Made by a program: the position numbers and the translations under genes. From Clostridia bacterium (lineage in GTDB: Bacteria > Bacillota > Clostridia > Christensenellales > UBA1242): a stretch of DNA of 64,000 nucleotides. The number at the start of each line of letters is the position of its first letter. Positions within the stretch are counted from its first letter, which is position 1. The notes under the pieces are model-generated. The model saw only the letters and a list, made by a program, of their open reading frames with translations, was not told the DNA's origin and did not search any database. Of this stretch, positions 28,271 through 38,521 are shown piece after piece. The DNA lies in assembly GCA_045637805.1 (NCBI GenBank), contig JAZUAE010000012.1, forward strand, positions 64,751 to 128,750. The letters run 5' to 3'.

Positions 28271-31200
28271 ATGGCAAAAAGAATTAGAAAATCAACAAAG
28301 ATAACAATAATATCCGTAGTGGTAGCACTAGTTGTGGTACTTGCAACTGTGTTAGCTGTACTTTTAACAAGAAACAACAAAGACTTTTTGACAGCAAGTC
28401 AAAGAGAATTTTTTGCTGCATTGCATTATAAAAACGCCTATTCATCTAATCTTGAAAATAAGAGCTTAAACCTTGGCTCTGCAACCTTTGATAGTGTGGT
28501 AACTGTTTATGAAAATTATGCTGTTGTAAAAGAAGGTGGCACCTATAAAATTCTTTCAATGAAGGAAGGTTACGCGGGTGAAAATACCGAACTTACTTTT
28601 GATGGCGTTGTTGCGATTGAAAATGATATCGTGGTTATAAAGTACAGTGACAATTATTTTGTATACAAAATCAATTATGACAGTTCGGTTATAACAGAAA
28701 CACTCCTTTATGGAGGTATTAGCCATGCTAAACTTTCAGGTGGTATTTTGACACTCTATTACGATGCTCAAAAATTGCTTAAAGTTATTGATATCAACAA
28801 TGATGATGTTCTTTTAGAAGAAAACAATGTCGTTGAATATTCAGTAAACAAAACGGGTATATCATTTGACAAAATTACTGTTAGTGCAGATAAAACTGAA
28901 GCTTGTCTCACATCAAATGTTTATCTTTTTGATAATGGCGTACTTACGATTTATAAAAGTATTGAAACTGAGGCAACTGTAACGCTTAGCACAACAAGAT
29001 ATTTTATTGATGATGTTTATGTTAGCCTTGAAGATATAAACTTGCTTAGACTTAGCGGGAACTATTTACTAACACAGAACTTTGAGGTTGTGTCAAGTAT
29101 AGATGCAGATGTTGTTATAGGTACCAAAAATTATAAAATAACACAATCTGTTGAGTCACTAGTCACAAACAAAGAACTGAAACTTACGAGCAGTTTATAC
29201 TTTGACTCTATCAAGACCGATGTTGATGGTTATGTATCGTTAATAGGTGATAAAATTTCAGCTGATAAACAAATTGATTTTGACGATAGAACTGTGTATT
29301 ACTATAATGAGAATTTTGAACTCTTAATTAGTTATGATTATGATGACTTTGGCGACTTATTAGATTACAAACAGGGTTTAGCTATCGCAAAAAATGGATT
29401 TATTGATGTTCTTGGAAAAGGCAACAGTGCAATAAATACAAAACTTGAAAGTCTAAATATTAATACGATTATTTTATCAAGTGATGAAAATATTGTGTTT
29501 GCAAAGAATGCAAGCCAAGTTTATGTTGTTAACATTAAAGATGCTAAAGTTTCTCAAATTTCAACTAAAGCAACAACGCTTGTTAATGGATATATGTTTG
29601 TTGAAAAAATAAGTAATGGAGTAAGCAAATATTTTCTTGTAAACGCAAATGGAAAGTTAAAAGAAGTATCAAATATTTCAACTGATGAAAATTTGATTGC
29701 TTATAGCAAACTTTCTACTGGATATTACTTTCAAACCATTGATGCAGAAAAAGTTCGTTTAGTTAAATATGATGGCAGTGTATTAGTTGACAATGTTGAG
29801 GTGGACACCATTGGATATAGTTTAAGCAGTGATAAATCAACTGTTATTTTAACCGTGCAGAATGCTGACGGGGTTAAAGTTTTACGCAGCACTCTTCCAA
29901 AAGATGCTTTACTTCCAAATACTATTGATGAGATTATGATATACGGATTGACTGGTACAAATGTAAGTCAAAATATTCCAGTATTTTCTTCAAGGAGTGG
30001 TACTGAAGATATATCAGTACAACGTATGGGCACAAATTACACTTCAGATGATGCAGGCATAGAGATCAAAACAACCGGCACAAACATTGTTGTTGAAAGT
30101 TATGCAAAATATTTAATGACAAATATAAAACTAAGTCAATACAATGACATGAATGGCCTAGTTGTTGATTATATTACCGATACGACAATCGCACCTGTAG
30201 ATGTTGTTTCTTCTGAAAACTCTTTTGACGAATTAGGTGCTAAATTTGTTGAAATAACTAAAGAAGATAGGACATACTACGATGCGACTATTAACTACAC
30301 TATGCGTGCACGTAATCTTAAGTATGAAATGCAAAATAATGAGACTGTAACTGTTAAGTTTGCAAAAATTTACTATACAGATGTGTACAGTGAGACTACG
30401 ATTTACAATGAAAATCCTATAGAGGCGTCAGCAAAAAGAGGATATATTTTTGACGGTTATTTCTTGAGTTATAATTCAGTTGATTATAGAGTGACAACAG
30501 GTACTATGCTTAATATCGATGATGGTATTAAAGGAGTTTTAATGCCAACAAACTCTGAAGATGATAACATTGAAACTGTTTATTCATTAAAGCCTATATT
30601 TACGCCTATTACATATGGTGTAAAATACATAGCGACTCCTAGTGATTCAAGTTTGTATCCTGGTCTGGCAGTTAATGGCAATAATGAAATACTTGATACA
30701 AAAGCCTATACTTATGACGCAGAGCAAGCTCTCTATGGTGAAACTTTCTATAGTACTGGTTTAACTCAAATAGGTTGGACAACATCATCTACTGGTACAA
30801 CTGTAGAGTATGAACTCGGTGAAAATGTTACGGATCTTTCTTACGAAAACGGTGATATAGTAAACTTGTATGCAGTTTGGGCATACAATACTTATAAAAT
30901 AATTTTTAATGCAAATATAAATTCTGGTGAAAGCGTTTTTGAAGATAATGGATATAGTTATACTCAAAGAAATCAAACTATAACCATGTTAGACTCAGAA
31001 TTAAGTGTGCCAAAATTATACGCATTCTCAGAGGAACTTGGGTATATGGACATGATTGCTTGGTCTGCGTATAGTGATGGATTGTATCCATTTGTAATAG
31101 GTAAAGAATTCTTTGACGAAGTGGAAAATGGATCAGTTTATACTAAAAATCTTGTTTCAGATGAGGGGGAAACAAGGGAGTATGAAGTGTTTGTATTTGC

Positions 31201-34200
31201 GATATATAATCGTGAAAATCCTATAACAGCAAACTTTACATATAGCAGTACACTTGAGACTGGTGGATTAGATGCTAGTGTCTATAAAGCCTTTAATCTT
31301 TCATCGGGCGATGTGTATGAAATGCTAAAGCCGATTGAATCGATTACGTGTTATGGCGAAGGTTACACAAATATTGTAAGCGTTGAGGCTCAAACTTTAA
31401 ACAACATCAAATACGGAAGCAATATTGAGTTTGTTTTAGATGTAAATTCAAATGCTGCGTATATCAAAGAAATAGTGTTAAGTTATTATGTCAACAGCGA
31501 ACTCAAAAACTTAACTGTTACAGGCTCTTTTGATCAGACTACTGGCGTTGTGACTTATACTGGGGACGTGGATAATGAATATGTTGCGGTTGTAACATCT
31601 GCAGATGATGGCAAGGTTGTTATCAAACTAAAATCAGTTAAACCAAACTTTAATCTTAATAATAAAACTTATACGCTTGGTGATGTGAGTGCCGTAGTTT
31701 CTTTGAAAGAATATAATAAAGTATCTGCAAAACTTAACGGTAGCGATAAGAATGTTTCTTATATTGTAATGCCAACAGCAACGGGCGATTATTCTTATTC
31801 AGATAAAGTGTTCTATGGCAGAGCTTTTGATGTAACACTTGACGCTCCTAACTACAATGTTTTTAAATCAGTTACTATAAATGGCACTGCTTATGATTTA
31901 ACATTTTTATATACTGCCGACCGCAATGATTTATTTATCAGTAATCTAATAGGCGATAAAGAGGGTGGAAGTATCTTTTACAATAAATATGAAATTGACG
32001 GATTAACTGTTAAAATAGGTTTTGACGGAACAAAATTTTATATAAAAATTTCAGGTCAAATTACTAAAGATATAAAAATAGATGCTGTGGCAGAAGAGGT
32101 ATCATCTTCTGTGTCTATAAAGGGTACAAATAATAGTGGAGACAAAAATGGAATCTCGTTTAGTGGTTTAACATTAGACACATTTAAACCTAATAACCGA
32201 CAAACGGTAATCTTTAATATGGTAAACGGCTATAGAATTAAGCAAATCAACTTAACTTATGATAGCGTAGAAATAGAAGGGTTTAAAATTTTTGATTATG
32301 ACAACTGGAAATGGGATCAAAATAAAGGCTATTATACATCAAGTGAATCATATGAAAGTGGTTATATTTCAACTAATTCATCATTAAAGAATACTAATAT
32401 TCAAGCTTCTTCAGATGGTACTAGTATTACACTTGCAAGAATTTGGTTTGATCTTGAAATTGAAGTTGTCTATGAACGTGTAGTAGATATCGTTATTGAT
32501 ATTGATGATTCCTCAAGGGTTAATATTTATGATCAGAATAGTAATGTTCTTGTTGGTGAATATATAAATGGTAAATATAAACTAAGAATTGTTGGAAATG
32601 AAGATATTACAGATATTGAAGCTATAACAACTGTGGGTGATGAAATTTATTACATAAACAATGTAGAAATTCCAGAAGGTATGGCTGCTGCAACAGTGAC
32701 GAACAAAGTGTCTGCAACATGGAACTCGTATGACACATCTTACATTGCTCTTGAAATAGGAAAATTTGCTATTACAATGAATGTAACAACCTATCTTGGA
32801 AAAGGTGGTGACAGTTTTGATGAAGAACATTTGAGAGATGCTGGCAATTATTATACCAAGGATTATATTTCATTTAGTTATGGTGTTGATTCTGTTCTAA
32901 ACAACAAAACTTATGGCGGTTTAAATCCTGAAAATTCAAAAGTAAGCATTTCGTATGATAGCAAGATATTTACTATGACTATGAAGGATACTAATGGTGC
33001 TTATAAGGGGTACCTTGCTTACAAATATTTGTTGAAAGATTCAAACGGTGTTGTTATTCAGGAACTCAGTGATATATCTGCAGAGGCAACAATGACATTT
33101 GAACTTACAAATGAAATGATTGAGTCTTTTAATAATAGATACATGTTAGAGATTTATTTTAAAGCTATTGAGTATGATGTTGAATATGTCGCAGGTACAT
33201 TTGATGTTGATGGTGATAGAGGAAATGTAACTGGCGGAACGGTTTCTAAAACTCATCATATATTTAATGTTAGTCAAAATGTTTCTTCGCAAAGATTTTC
33301 AAGACCTGGCTGGGAACAGACAGGTTGGGTAAGTGAAGTATACACTATAACCAGAGATGGGAAATCTGCAGAAGTTGTAGCTGATAAAAATCTTACTAAT
33401 GAAAACGGTGCAACAGTGACACTTTATGCAGCATGGAAGACAAAGTCTTATACTGTTAGTTATCTATATAATTATGGAACGGGCTCAAGCGAAGCAGAAA
33501 CTGAATATAATGGCTCAGAAACTGTTAAATACTTATTTAATTGTGACGATTTACAAAAAATAAACAGAGATGGTTATAAGTTCTTAGGCTGGTTTACTGG
33601 TCCAAATAATGGTGATAAAAAAGTAAATGATAAAGTATTTTCATTTGACATATATACTGAATTAGTAAATGCAGGTCGTTTAAATACGGATTCTTCCACA
33701 ATAGAACTTACAGCACAATGGGAAATGGTTACTTACATTGTAAAATTCAATTTTAATGATGCTGATGAAAACGGCTCTAGCACTGCAACTCTTAAAACAG
33801 GAAACTTGGATTTCACCGTTGCATTTGATACTGCTTTTGGAATGCTTCCAACGCTAGAAAGAACAGGTTATGATTTTGTGGGTTGGGCGCCAACTACTGC
33901 TGGTGACTTAATTATAACTTCTAATTCTACAGTGCTAGATAAAACTCTTTTTGATAGCCTTACAGGTGATAATAAAGACGAAAAAGAGGGTGCCAACTTA
34001 GATCTATTTGCTATATGGTCAAAGCAACAGTTTACTATAATATTTGATTTAAACAATACCGGATTACCAGGATACGGACTTTCAGATAATGGATTTAGTG
34101 CTACGCCAAGTCCGATTACTTTAAGGTTTGATGAGAAGTTTAGTGCTACCGACCTTCCAACAGTATCTTCTAATGGATATGAGTTTAAAGGTTGGTACAT

Positions 34201-35773
34201 CTATCCTGTATTTTCAGAAAATGCAGTTTCAGGAATTCCTTGCACAAAAGATACAGTTTTAGACATGAGCATTTGGAACTCGTTATATATAGAAAAAGAC
34301 GGAATGGTTAAGTTGTCTGACACTTACGAGAATGGCGACGAATCAACATATAAATTTAAAATATTTGCTTACTGGCAAATTAATACTTATACTGTTTCAG
34401 TTCCATCTACTAGTGCGGGCGCAGAGTATGTGACATCGGTAAAATACGAGAGTGGTAAAGATGTTGATGATGTAAAAGGAGTGGCGCAAGGGGCAACTGG
34501 ATCAACAGAAGTAAATTATGGTGACTTTGCCATAATTGATTTGGTGCCTGAAAATGGTACATATATAAATAAAATAACATTCAACTATGGTGATTCAAAA
34601 ACTCTTCAATATACAATAAACTGGAATAGTTCTAATAGAACGATTAACATTGAGAATGAACATTCAACATTAAATAATTCAAACAAAGTTGATTTTGTTG
34701 AAAATATTATGTTCATAAAGAGTGATTATTCAGAAAAAATTAATATCAGAATAATTATTTCTTTTGTTAAAACAAATATAATTATCGAAGCTGAATCTGA
34801 GACTCAGATGTATGAAGTTCGTTTTACTGATGAAGTTGAAAATGAAACATTGTTTACGACATTGGTTGAATATTCTAAAAGTATAGATACTAGATTGTTT
34901 GTTTATCCATATAGAAAAGGATATATATTTGAAAAATACAATTTAGAGAATAAGAATGGTGAAACTGTGTCTAATGTCTACTACATAGATAAAGCCATTT
35001 ATTATGACACAACAATTATATTAACATATACATCTAGTCCAACACAAAAGGTTAATTTTTATGTGTGGAAAGAATCGGAGTATGTGCTAGAAAGTGTAAT
35101 TTCAGAAAATTATATATTGTCATCTGCAACGGAAAGTACAAATAATTTTTCGATTGACGAAAGCTTAGTGCCTATTGTAGACGCTAATGGAATAAGTGTT
35201 ACTATGGGCAATGGCGAACAACTGAATGTAGTTGGATTTACATATGGTGGTGTTTTGCTTACACTCCCAGCCAAGAATGCAAACCATTGGCCAGCCGACA
35301 CTTATCTTGCAGGTTACATCATTGCAGATAGCGCCCCAGCTAGCGGGTACTATACCGCTAACATGACTGGTAGTGTTACAAATATATCTAGCCACACAAA
35401 ATATACTAATAGCTTTATGGTGGAAGAAGAGATTAATCTTTATGCATACTATGACAAACCAGTATTTGCTTTTGTATCAGATAGTGAGATCGATAGCACT
35501 GCAGAGTTCTCAGTTGAAGGATATACAACGGCTGATGTTGTATATAAATATGTAAGTCAAGACGGGTTAAATGCTATATTAACAACCTACAGCGCAAACA
35601 AAGATTTAGCCTCTGCTGTAAATCAGCATTATGATAAATTAAGTTCAACGACAGATTCAACTTATATCTATAAAATAGCATATGTTAATGGAACAAAAAA
35701 TGGTGTAACATATATTTATCAAGTGGCGACCACTTGCTATAACATATTTACAGGTGAAATAATTGCAATATAA
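28271..35773 (+). CDS. Giant signal-anchored surface protein with Listeria-Bacteroides (Flg_new) repeats
   Basis: 2500 aa. N-terminal TM (ITIISVVVALVVVLATVLAVLL). Repeats of the G[YW]xFxGW ... LYA.W ... Y.V.F type, e.g. GYKFLGWF..LTAQWEMVTYIVKF, GYDFVGWA..LFAIWSKQQFTIIF, GYEFKGWY..IFAYWQINTYTVSV. No LPXTG. Confidence 0.85.
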   Translation: MAKRIRKSTKITIISVVVALVVVLATVLAVLLTRNNKDFLTASQREFFAALHYKNAYSSNLENKSLNLGSATFDSVVTVYENYAVVKEGGTYKILSMKEGYAGENTELTFDGVVAIENDIVVIKYSDNYFVYKINYDSSVITETLLYGGISHAKLSGGILTLYYDAQKLLKVIDINNDDVLLEENNVVEYSVNKTGISFDKITVSADKTEACLTSNVYLFDNGVLTIYKSIETEATVTLSTTRYFIDDVYVSLEDINLLRLSGNYLLTQNFEVVSSIDADVVIGTKNYKITQSVESLVTNKELKLTSSLYFDSIKTDVDGYVSLIGDKISADKQIDFDDRTVYYYNENFELLISYDYDDFGDLLDYKQGLAIAKNGFIDVLGKGNSAINTKLESLNINTIILSSDENIVFAKNASQVYVVNIKDAKVSQISTKATTLVNGYMFVEKISNGVSKYFLVNANGKLKEVSNISTDENLIAYSKLSTGYYFQTIDAEKVRLVKYDGSVLVDNVEVDTIGYSLSSDKSTVILTVQNADGVKVLRSTLPKDALLPNTIDEIMIYGLTGTNVSQNIPVFSSRSGTEDISVQRMGTNYTSDDAGIEIKTTGTNIVVESYAKYLMTNIKLSQYNDMNGLVVDYITDTTIAPVDVVSSENSFDELGAKFVEITKEDRTYYDATINYTMRARNLKYEMQNNETVTVKFAKIYYTDVYSETTIYNENPIEASAKRGYIFDGYFLSYNSVDYRVTTGTMLNIDDGIKGVLMPTNSEDDNIETVYSLKPIFTPITYGVKYIATPSDSSLYPGLAVNGNNEILDTKAYTYDAEQALYGETFYSTGLTQIGWTTSSTGTTVEYELGENVTDLSYENGDIVNLYAVWAYNTYKIIFNANINSGESVFEDNGYSYTQRNQTITMLDSELSVPKLYAFSEELGYMDMIAWSAYSDGLYPFVIGKEFFDEVENGSVYTKNLVSDEGETREYEVFVFAIYNRENPITANFTYSSTLETGGLDASVYKAFNLSSGDVYEMLKPIESITCYGEGYTNIVSVEAQTLNNIKYGSNIEFVLDVNSNAAYIKEIVLSYYVNSELKNLTVTGSFDQTTGVVTYTGDVDNEYVAVVTSADDGKVVIKLKSVKPNFNLNNKTYTLGDVSAVVSLKEYNKVSAKLNGSDKNVSYIVMPTATGDYSYSDKVFYGRAFDVTLDAPNYNVFKSVTINGTAYDLTFLYTADRNDLFISNLIGDKEGGSIFYNKYEIDGLTVKIGFDGTKFYIKISGQITKDIKIDAVAEEVSSSVSIKGTNNSGDKNGISFSGLTLDTFKPNNRQTVIFNMVNGYRIKQINLTYDSVEIEGFKIFDYDNWKWDQNKGYYTSSESYESGYISTNSSLKNTNIQASSDGTSITLARIWFDLEIEVVYERVVDIVIDIDDSSRVNIYDQNSNVLVGEYINGKYKLRIVGNEDITDIEAITTVGDEIYYINNVEIPEGMAAATVTNKVSATWNSYDTSYIALEIGKFAITMNVTTYLGKGGDSFDEEHLRDAGNYYTKDYISFSYGVDSVLNNKTYGGLNPENSKVSISYDSKIFTMTMKDTNGAYKGYLAYKYLLKDSNGVVIQELSDISAEATMTFELTNEMIESFNNRYMLEIYFKAIEYDVEYVAGTFDVDGDRGNVTGGTVSKTHHIFNVSQNVSSQRFSRPGWEQTGWVSEVYTITRDGKSAEVVADKNLTNENGATVTLYAAWKTKSYTVSYLYNYGTGSSEAETEYNGSETVKYLFNCDDLQKINRDGYKFLGWFTGPNNGDKKVNDKVFSFDIYTELVNAGRLNTDSSTIELTAQWEMVTYIVKFNFNDADENGSSTATLKTGNLDFTVAFDTAFGMLPTLERTGYDFVGWAPTTAGDLIITSNSTVLDKTLFDSLTGDNKDEKEGANLDLFAIWSKQQFTIIFDLNNTGLPGYGLSDNGFSATPSPITLRFDEKFSATDLPTVSSNGYEFKGWYIYPVFSENAVSGIPCTKDTVLDMSIWNSLYIEKDGMVKLSDTYENGDESTYKFKIFAYWQINTYTVSVPSTSAGAEYVTSVKYESGKDVDDVKGVAQGATGSTEVNYGDFAIIDLVPENGTYINKITFNYGDSKTLQYTINWNSSNRTINIENEHSTLNNSNKVDFVENIMFIKSDYSEKINIRIIISFVKTNIIIEAESETQMYEVRFTDEVENETLFTTLVEYSKSIDTRLFVYPYRKGYIFEKYNLENKNGETVSNVYYIDKAIYYDTTIILTYTSSPTQKVNFYVWKESEYVLESVISENYILSSATESTNNFSIDESLVPIVDANGISVTMGNGEQLNVVGFTYGGVLLTLPAKNANHWPADTYLAGYIIADSAPASGYYTANMTGSVTNISSHTKYTNSFMVEEEINLYAYYDKPVFAFVSDSEIDSTAEFSVEGYTTADVVYKYVSQDGLNAILTTYSANKDLASAVNQHYDKLSSTTDSTYIYKIAYVNGTKNGVTYIYQVATTCYNIFTGEIIAI

Positions 35774-35778
35774 TTTAT

Positions 35779-35807
35779 TTGACAATGTAATCAAAAATTG
35801 ATAAAAT
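35779..35807 (+). promoter_or_regulatory. Candidate strong sigma-A promoter of the lipoprotein gene
   Basis: TTGACA (35779-84), 17-nt spacer, TGaTAAAAT (35799-807). Confidence 0.5.
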
Positions 35808-35832
35808 CAAACTTAGAAAAAGAGGATAATTT

Positions 35833-36540
35833 ATGAAAAAAATTTTAAAAGTTTTTAGTTCATTATGTTTAGTATTAGTTGTTGGCGCTGCTGTGCTTTT
35901 ATCTGGTTGCGCTAAAAAGTACAATGTCAACGTTCAAGCAACTGTTGGTGGTGGAGTTTATGCGCGTGGAACAAATAGTGTTTCAGTAATCGGAGATAAT
36001 GAGGTTGAACAAGGTAAAGATTTTCAAATCAGTATTGAGGCAAACCCAGGTTACTATATTCAAAAGTTAACTGTTAATGGTAAAGCTGTAGATATTTCTA
36101 CTTGGGCAGCTGATAGTGATGGTTATGTGACTAGACATGTTTATGCTGTAAGCAAGGTTGAAGAAGATAAAAATGTTGTTATAACTTTTGGCGCAAAGAT
36201 TAAAAATATAAAATTTGTCTTTGTAAATAGTTCTTATGCTTCAATCGCTAATGAATCTTACTTAGAGTATAAGGTTCCTTGTCATAAAGACTTTAACTTG
36301 TTTAAGTTTGATTTCGATGGCACAGGTGCAGGTGAAGCTGAAGATATTTTCTATATGAAAAGACCTGATGCATCATACGTGGCTTTATCAAAATTTGCCC
36401 TTAACAGCGTTAACGGTACACTTTATGTAAAATTAAAAGATGGTTACACTGGTACTGGTGTTATGGATCAAATTCAATCAGATCTTGATGCTATTATTAC
36501 AGCCGTTGAAGGTTGTGAGAGAATATATCCTGCAGCATAA
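35833..36540 (+). CDS. Lipoprotein with divergent InlB-B-repeat-like fold
   Basis: Signal peptide with lipobox LLSGC. The segment GGGVYARGTNSVSVIGDNEVEQGKDFQISIEANPGYYIQKLTVNG resembles Flg_new_2-type repeats. Confidence 0.75.
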   Translation: MKKILKVFSSLCLVLVVGAAVLLSGCAKKYNVNVQATVGGGVYARGTNSVSVIGDNEVEQGKDFQISIEANPGYYIQKLTVNGKAVDISTWAADSDGYVTRHVYAVSKVEEDKNVVITFGAKIKNIKFVFVNSSYASIANESYLEYKVPCHKDFNLFKFDFDGTGAGEAEDIFYMKRPDASYVALSKFALNSVNGTLYVKLKDGYTGTGVMDQIQSDLDAIITAVEGCERIYPAA

Positions 36541-36541
36541 T

Positions 36542-36571
36542 AAAAAACAAGGCAAACTGCCTTGTTTTTTT
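36542..36571. terminator. Bidirectional terminator (lipoprotein gene / trxB)
   Basis: Stem CAAGGCA/TGCCTTG (36548-54 / 36558-64) flanked by A6 and T7. Confidence 0.75.
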
Positions 36572-36583
36572 ATTGTGTGATTT

Positions 36584-37504
36584 TTATTGAAGATGTTTTA
36601 TTACGCCAAGAGAGGCGATTGCTCCATCGCTTGTAGCGGTAACTATTTGACGAAAATTTTTTTCTCTGCAGTCTCCGGCTGCAAAAACGCCTGGAACGCT
36701 AGTCAACATATTCTCGTCAGTTTTTATATATCCGCCATCGGTAAGATTGATTTTGCCATTAAGCAGTAAAGTATCGGGCGTTCTTCCTATGGCTACAAAT
36801 ATTGCAGATACTGATAATGATTTGTTTTTATTTGTAAGCTTGTTGGTAATGGTAATGCTTTCAACATTTGTGTTTCCGTTAATTTCGCTTACTGTGGAGT
36901 TGAGTACAAATTCAACTTTGCCTGTTTTTTCAAGATTTCTTACTTGGGCTTCTAAGACTTTGTCTGCTCTAAATGCGTCACGTCTATGGATTAAATATAC
37001 TTTTTTGCACATATTCGCAAGGTATAAACAGTCGGTAAATGCGGAATTTCCGCCACCAACAACAGCAACAGTTTTACCCGAATAAAGGGCACCATCACAG
37101 GTTGCGCAATAGCTAACTCCGCGACCTATAAACTTTTGTTCGCCGTTACATTCAACTTGCTTGCTTGATGCGCCAAGAGCAAGAATTATAGTCTTTGCTT
37201 TTAAAGTGCCATTGTATATTTTAAGAGTTTTAATAACTTTGTCTAATTCGTAATCTAAAACATCGGTTTGCATAATTTCTACGCCAAGTGATTCCACTTG
37301 GTTTTTCATTGCAAGAGATAACTCAACGCCATCTATTTTGCTAAAGCCGGGATAGTTTTCAATGAGTGGGGTGTTGACCATTTGACCGCCAGGAATGTTG
37401 CGCTCTAGTACCAAAATATCCGCATTTGCTCGCTTTAAATATATTGCGGCAGTAAGTCCTGCAGGGCCGCCGCCAACAATTATTGTATCATAAATTTTTT
37501 CCAT
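36584..37504 (-). CDS. trxB: Thioredoxin-disulfide reductase
   Basis: GGGPAG FAD motif, CATCDG redox-active site, GGGNSA NADPH motif. Confidence 0.95.
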   Translation of the reverse strand: MEKIYDTIIVGGGPAGLTAAIYLKRANADILVLERNIPGGQMVNTPLIENYPGFSKIDGVELSLAMKNQVESLGVEIMQTDVLDYELDKVIKTLKIYNGTLKAKTIILALGASSKQVECNGEQKFIGRGVSYCATCDGALYSGKTVAVVGGGNSAFTDCLYLANMCKKVYLIHRRDAFRADKVLEAQVRNLEKTGKVEFVLNSTVSEINGNTNVESITITNKLTNKNKSLSVSAIFVAIGRTPDTLLLNGKINLTDGGYIKTDENMLTSVPGVFAAGDCREKNFRQIVTATSDGAIASLGVIKHLQ

Positions 37505-37584
37505 AATTTTCTCCTATATCTATTATAATGTTTTCCATTATTTGAGGCAATCAAAATTAAATATTAAAAAGTGTCATAAATAAA

Positions 37585-37613
37585 TTGACAAGATTTAATT
37601 TAGAGTTTATCAT
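37585..37613 (+). promoter_or_regulatory. Sigma-A promoter of the ctsR-mcsA-mcsB-clpC operon
   Basis: TTGACA (37585-90), 17-nt spacer, TATCAT (37608-13). Confidence 0.55.
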
Positions 37614-37625
37614 AGAAGTGTGAGG

Positions 37626-37642
37626 TTTGACTTTCTTTGACC
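37626..37642 (-). promoter_or_regulatory. CtsR operator (direct heptad repeat)
   Basis: The minus strand reads GGTCAAAgaaAGTCAAA. This matches the published CtsR box (A/G)GTCAAA-NAN-(A/G)GTCAAA and lies just downstream of the -10 box. Confidence 0.7.
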
Positions 37643-37676
37643 ATTGTCAAACAAAAGGAGTTAATAAGGAGTTAAT

Positions 37677-38138
37677 ATGGCAAATATAAGTGATATTATT
37701 GAACAGTTTATTTTAAAAACCATGGGGGACGACGCTGAAGTAGATATTTCTCGTAATGAACTAGCCAACTTTTTCCGTTGTGCTCCTAGTCAGATTAATT
37801 ATGTATTAGAAACTAGGTTTACTATTGATCGTGGATTTGTAAAAGAGAGTCATCGTGGTGGTAGTGGGTATATTCGTCTTACAAAAATCAATGTTGACGA
37901 AGATAATTATGTTAACAATTTGATTCTAGAGAGTGTGGGAGATGAATTATCCATGAAGCGTTTAACTCAAATAACTGAGAAGCTTGTAAGTGAAGAAATT
38001 TTGACTGAAAAGGAAAGAATGTTAATTCTATCTGGGCTTTCAGATGAGTCACTTGCTATGCCGCTTACAATTCGTGATAGCATTAGAGCTAGATCTTTTA
38101 AGAACATTTTGACAAGCCTTTTAAAGGAGAGTAAATAA
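37677..38138 (+). CDS. ctsR: Class III stress-gene repressor CtsR
   Basis: MANISDIIEQFI...APSQINYVLETRFT...GYIVESKRGGGGYIR-like motif (VKESHRGGSGYIRL). Confidence 0.9.
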   Translation: MANISDIIEQFILKTMGDDAEVDISRNELANFFRCAPSQINYVLETRFTIDRGFVKESHRGGSGYIRLTKINVDEDNYVNNLILESVGDELSMKRLTQITEKLVSEEILTEKERMLILSGLSDESLAMPLTIRDSIRARSFKNILTSLLKESK

Positions 38139-38521
38139 TGTACACACCTTTTGATAATGCTGTGCATGATTTATATAAAATGAAAGATGTTATTGATAAC
38201 GATTCAAGGCAACAAAAACGCAAAACTTGTGCTTTTTGTAAGACTGAACAAGAGGATTATGAAGACACTTATTTTGTGGGTTGCCCTGCTTGCTATAACA
38301 CCTTTAACGACGAAATAAAAAAAGCGTGCATGAGTGTTCATGGAGCAAACAAGCATACGGGAAAGATTCCTGAAAGATATAAGACCATGGCTGGTAAACA
38401 AGCAGAGATTATGCAGCTCGAAGCTCAAAAACAGCGCGCTGCAGAAAAGGAAGATTATGAACTTGCAAACCTTTTAAAGAAGAAAATTGCAAAACTTAAA
38501 GGAGAAATTTATGGCTGCTGA
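38138..38521 (+). CDS. mcsA: Protein-arginine kinase activator McsA (short form)
   Basis: CxxC...CxxC zinc finger (CAFCK...CPAC) plus a C-terminal UVR-like motif (EDYELANLLKKKIAKLK). Operon position between ctsR and mcsB. Confidence 0.8.
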   Translation: MYTPFDNAVHDLYKMKDVIDNDSRQQKRKTCAFCKTEQEDYEDTYFVGCPACYNTFNDEIKKACMSVHGANKHTGKIPERYKTMAGKQAEIMQLEAQKQRAAEKEDYELANLLKKKIAKLKGEIYGC

